A stretch of DNA of 64,000 nucleotides from Bacteroidia bacterium (GTDB lineage Bacteria > Bacteroidota > Bacteroidia > NS11-12g > UBA955), in NCBI GenBank assembly GCA_041391605.1, contig JAWKNQ010000008.1:10732-74731 (forward strand), written 5' to 3'. The notes under the pieces were generated by a model. The model saw only the letters and a program-made list of their open reading frames with translations, was not told where the DNA came from and made no database searches. The position numbers and the translations under genes were made by a program. Shown piece by piece: positions 60,068 through 64,000 of the stretch; position 1 is the first letter of the stretch; the number at the start of each line of letters is the position of its first letter.

Positions 60068-62304
60068 ATGAAATCATTTTGTGTTGCAGCAATTTTATTG
60101 CTGTTTCCTTCTCTGCTGTTTTGTCAAGAACAAATTGAAGGTAAGGTTACGGACAAAGGCAATTCTCCTGTTGCGAATTGTACCGTAAAACTCCTGAACT
60201 CTGATTTTGAAACAATCACCGATTCTCTAGGTGTGTTCAAACTTAACAACGTAAGTTCTATGAAGCCATATGTCTTGGTGTTTTCACACAAAGGCTACCT
60301 CACTGATACCATCGAATATTCAGGGAACAAAGTTGTCAAAATACGCCGGAAGTTTACGAAAACATCTCCTGGATTTTACAGTTTAAAACAAGCGGAGATC
60401 GTAAGACATCTTATGGATGCTTAAACGAAGACAAGGTAATTACTGCTGGCGAATTAAAAAAGCGGCTTGTTGTGATTTAGCTGGATGTTTTTGAAACTCA
60501 AAACACAGTTCAACCCATGACAACCAATATCATTACCAATTCAAAAGAACTGCGAATTCTAGGATTGTCGGGGGTGTATAATCAAGTCTTAATTGATGGC
60601 ATGCCGCTCATTCAGGGTTTGAGTTTCACCTACGGCATCAGCAGTATTCCAGGCACACTAGTTGAGAACATATACGTGGCTAAAGGAACTACTTCAGTGC
60701 TCCAAGGTTATGAAAGTATGGTTGGGCAAATCAATGTGATTCCCAAACGACCGGATAAAAATGATCGAATGCTTTTTAACTTTTACGTCAACAGTTTTGG
60801 CGAGAATCAATACAACATCAATTACCATTTTGGAAAAGGGAAATGGAAAAACCTTATTTCTGCTCACATGGTTCAGCCTGCTCAAAAATGGGATAGAAAT
60901 AAAGACAACTTCTTAGACCTTCCCAAACTCACTCGTTACATGCTTTACAACAAGTTTCAATTTGGTGACGACACCAAGAAAGGCTTGAACAGCATCATTG
61001 GTTTGCGTTATTTATGGGAACAGCGAATAGGAGGGCAATTAAACTACAACCCGAAAACAGATAAAGGGAGTACCCAAGTGTACGGACAATCTATCAACTA
61101 CCAACAACCTGAAATATACACCAAAACGGCCTACAGAATTCGAAGCAATAAAAAGATAGTCTTGATTGCTTCTGGATTTATGCAAAACCAAGAATCGTGG
61201 ATAGGAACTGTAAACTACAAGGCGAAACAAGAAAATGCATACGCTAATCTGCAATACGAATTGGATTGGAAAGGAAAACACGCCTTTAAAACAGGTGTGA
61301 GCTACAGGCATTTTGCACTCAATGAAAGCATTGCCTTTTCTGACACAAATTTAAAACGCACTTACAATGGAGCTTACAATAAGCTAGAAAACATACCTGG
61401 TTTTTTTGCAGAAAACACGTTTAGTTGGCGTGGGGATATCATCACTTTAATTACTGGAATTCGCGCTGACAATCACAATCAATTTGGATGGCAGGTGACA
61501 CCGAGAACCATGTTGAAATACGACTTAACCGAGAAATCCATACTTAGAGTGTCTGTTGGAACAGGATGGAGAACAGTTAATTTATTTTCAGAAAACATTG
61601 GTTTATTAGTGAGTTCAAGGAATATTATTTTCACGGAATCCTTGAATCCAGAAAAGGCAGTCAATTGGGGTGTCAACTTCTTACAGAAATTCAAGAAAAA
61701 GAACATTGATGGCTTTATAACTTTTGATTTTTACCAAACGCGATTCCAAAATCAGTTTTTCCCAGATTACGACACCGAACCGACTAAAATATACGTTGGG
61801 AATTTCACAGGTCCATCTATCTCCAATGGATTCCAGACGGATGTAAGTGCAAAGTTTTACAAACTGTTTGAAGCCAAATTGGCTTACAATTATCTCGATG
61901 TGTATCGTATAATAAATGGAAGCAAGCGAGTACTTCCTTTTAATGCCAAACACAAATTTCTGTTGTCACTTTCGTATGCACCCAAAAACAAAAAGTGGAG
62001 GTTCGACATCAACAGCCATTGGTTTGGGAAACAACGACTGCCAAACACCTTAAACAATCCAGAGGAATACAGGCAAGCGGAGTATTCAAGATCATATACA
62101 ACTTTCAATCTACAAGCCACTAAAAGCTGGAAGAAAGTTGAGTTGTATGGGGGTTGTGAAAACCTATTCGACTTCCGACAATTACGACCAATTGTGAGTT
62201 GGCAGAATCCTTTTAGTCCTTATTTCGACACCTCTTTCAATTGGGGACCGACACGTGGAAGGGAAATATACATCGGGGTGAGGTATAAGCCGTTTAAGAA
62301 GTAA
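60068..62304 (+). pseudogene. TonB-dependent receptor with N-terminal carboxypeptidase-regulatory-like domain, frameshifted as assembled
   Basis: ORF 60068-60424 carries the signal peptide and CarbopepD_reg domain (GKVTDKGNSPVANCTVKLLNSDFETITDSLGVFKL). ORF 60517-62304 carries the plug and barrel and ends in the terminal RYKPFKK. The linking sequence DALNEDKVITAGELKKAACCDLAGCFETQNTVQPMTT requires three homopolymer corrections: TT at 60421-22, A6 at 60456-61 and T5 at 60488-92. Confidence 0.85.
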
Positions 62305-62357
62305 GAATTCCTTTTAAAAAATAAATTTTGTATTTTTACATGGTTAAAGAGTAACTT

Positions 62358-62858
62358 GTGTCGTTTAAATTTATTCCTCTCTTTCTAATTGTAGTTTTAA
62401 TAATTTACTGTAAAAGCAAGAAAACTAATCTTGTTCAGGATAAACTTAAAATAAATGACACATTAATGATTTTGGTGGAAATTGATTCAAGTAATTTGAA
62501 TCCAATATCGTCAAACTTTCCCAGTCACACAATAACTGAGTGCACACTTTCCAAGGAAGAATTAAAAAATATAGAGAATAAAGTGTACAAAAAACTAGTA
62601 TCTGACACTAGTTTTACTCATAGCGTTTTATTAGATAGCTTTTTTAATTTTTACAGGCAATACATTATACTAAATTCAAATTCAACGAATGAAAAAACAC
62701 TCTTTATCAATTACACATTACTGCTAAGAAATCAAAAGTTACCACCTAGATGGTTTAAAGGTGTTGGTAATAGAACTAGTGAGAATGTCTACACTTATGA
62801 CGCATATTATCATTTCAGTTCTGAAGGAATTCATATAACAGCCTATCGAAGAGAATGA
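62358..62858 (+). CDS. hypothetical lipoprotein/secreted protein
   Basis: 166-aa ORF with a GTG start and a hydrophobic N-terminus ending IIYCKSK. Confidence 0.45.
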   Translation: MSFKFIPLFLIVVLIIYCKSKKTNLVQDKLKINDTLMILVEIDSSNLNPISSNFPSHTITECTLSKEELKNIENKVYKKLVSDTSFTHSVLLDSFFNFYRQYIILNSNSTNEKTLFINYTLLLRNQKLPPRWFKGVGNRTSENVYTYDAYYHFSSEGIHITAYRRE

Positions 62859-63328
62859 GCAAAAAAACCCTATATTTATTAGCATTCCTCTTACTTTTCA
62901 ATAAAACGAATGCTCAAACTGTTGACTTTTTACCGTTAAGCTATATTTTATTTGATAAAGATATACTATACCAAGATTCATCAATCCAAGACAAGCGACT
63001 TGAACTATTTTACTGCGATAAACATGGAAATATTCTTGATTCGAATTCAGGGTTATTTTTGATAAAAATTAAAAAGTTCAGTTTTGTTTTAAATTTGCGT
63101 AATGATCAAAAATATCTCTCTGACACAATAAAAAGGCAAGCTTGCCTCCCTTCCATCTCAATTAAGTATTTCAGAAGAACCCGAAACGACAAGATTAGCA
63201 AAAAACGTGTCAAATCTATTGTAAATTTGTATTTTCAAGTTCCATGCATAATGTTTTGTGGAGGAGGCTATACATTTAATGAAACCCTTTATAAAGACAC
63301 AATAAAAACAGTGAACTTTAGATTGTAA
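62855..63328 (+). CDS. hypothetical secreted protein
   Basis: 157-aa ORF with a signal peptide (LLAFLLLFNKTNAQ) and a 4-nt overlap with the upstream ORF. Confidence 0.45.
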   Translation: MSKKTLYLLAFLLLFNKTNAQTVDFLPLSYILFDKDILYQDSSIQDKRLELFYCDKHGNILDSNSGLFLIKIKKFSFVLNLRNDQKYLSDTIKRQACLPSISIKYFRRTRNDKISKKRVKSIVNLYFQVPCIMFCGGGYTFNETLYKDTIKTVNFRL

Positions 63329-63332
63329 ACAC

Positions 63333-64000
63333 ATGAAAAACCTATTATTCCTTTTAACTTTTACCATAATGCATTCTGTTTCTGCCCAATACTTAGACAC
63401 CAACAACGTTAATTTCTTATATCATTCTGATGGATTAAGTGCCAGAGTTGCTTGTGATTCGACGATCTTAATAAAACTCGATTCCAATGAAGAAATCTAT
63501 AAAGTGTATCGTGTGAATTCTAGGCAAATCTTCAAGAGTAATTTTGCTAGCATCAAGAAAGTGGATAGCCTTTTATTTTTCAAATTGGACCTAAACAGTG
63601 CCGATACCAACTATCATTTTTTGTATAACTTAAATTTCAAAGTAGGTGATTCATTTTATTTAAAATCCTACCCAAAGGAAAGGTATTTTTACAGAAACAA
63701 TTCAAACCCATCCATTGTCTACGATTCTGTCTTAATGAAAATCGATAGCATTAAACTCGTAAATTATTATGGGCGATATTTAAAAACAACGTACTTTAAA
63801 CAAAATGCAACAAACTTTTCCTATAGGTTTATTGACAGCATTGGATACGTTGATTTTGGAAATTTTGGAATTGGAAAAGGCGATGAGAATTCAATAACAT
63901 ACATCTGTAAGGATGGTCAAGTGGTTTATAAGAATAATTTCCTTGAACCTTATTGCGATAAAAACACTTTTTACTCTAAATATATTTACTCGGGTTCCAT
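63333..64000 (+). CDS. hypothetical secreted protein, 5' part (continues past the window end)
   Basis: Not in the ORF track because there is no stop in the window. My translation from the ATG at 63333 gives MKNLLFLLTFTIMHSVSAQYLDTNNVNFLYHSDG... and stays open to position 64000. Confidence 0.55.
   Translation, partial: MKNLLFLLTFTIMHSVSAQYLDTNNVNFLYHSDGLSARVACDSTILIKLDSNEEIYKVYRVNSRQIFKSNFASIKKVDSLLFFKLDLNSADTNYHFLYNLNFKVGDSFYLKSYPKERYFYRNNSNPSIVYDSVLMKIDSIKLVNYYGRYLKTTYFKQNATNFSYRFIDSIGYVDFGNFGIGKGDENSITYICKDGQVVYKNNFLEPYCDKNTFYSKYIYSGS

Noticed and set aside
31932-64000. Search for the integrase, transposase or tRNA/tmRNA attachment site expected for an island or integron.
   Set aside because: No ORF shows tyrosine-recombinase (R...HxxR...Y), DDE or serine-recombinase hallmarks. 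No cloverleaf or T-loop (GGTTCGAATCC-like) sequence was found at the junction. Their absence is reported rather than a feature being invented, and they may lie outside the window.

Overview
This is a low-GC chromosomal segment from a Bacteroidota, probably Flavobacteriia-like. The assignment rests on T9SS C-terminal sorting domains, a FISUMP domain protein, a CarbopepD-type TonB receptor, and the recF-DUF721 and TPR-ribH gene orders. I recognised no rRNA, tRNA, CRISPR array, transposase or integrase.

Layout:
- 1-31.9 kb is housekeeping backbone: aspS (partial), a VWA/AAA+ pair, a methyltransferase plus homogentisate-prenyltransferase-like UbiA enzyme, nfeD-floA, peroxiredoxin, recF-DUF721, pdhA, ribH, a giant PKD/T9SS adhesin, rplU-rpmA-rpsO-pnp, gmk-nadD, iscX-fdx, ABC-F, SDRs, a CoA-transferase, and a persulfide-dioxygenase/rhodanese module.
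- 31.9 kb to the window end is an accessory island, almost entirely on the + strand.

Main non-routine signals:
1. Four integron-type attC-like sites (39.1-41.7 kb) each follow a single ORF. There is no integrase in view, so the array is CALIN-like.
2. A conserved ~38-bp motif (TTTGGAGAACAAAACTAGAAATAGGAAATTGCAGAAGG) recurs upstream of at least 9 co-oriented, unrelated, mostly secreted or lipoprotein genes (45-57 kb). Part of it resembles the 5' halves of the short attC-like sites.
3. A ~416-bp noncoding repeat with a GC-rich, hairpin-dense core of about 220 bp is present three times. Two tandem copies lie at 20.5-21.35 kb and one at 23.9-24.3 kb. Together they bracket a 4-gene block, and one hairpin shows a compensatory base-pair change.
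4. A 21-bp-phased, iteron-like array of about 18 CCTATATAAA repeats plus 3 TCAAAGAC repeats sits at the island's left edge. It follows a GC-rich structured spacer.
5. At least 8 genes are frame-disrupted, including the normally indispensable rpmA. Where I localised the lesion it is mostly a homopolymer length change, so much of this is probably assembly error. Three dense clusters and one 2.4-kb decayed gene could be real pseudogenisation.
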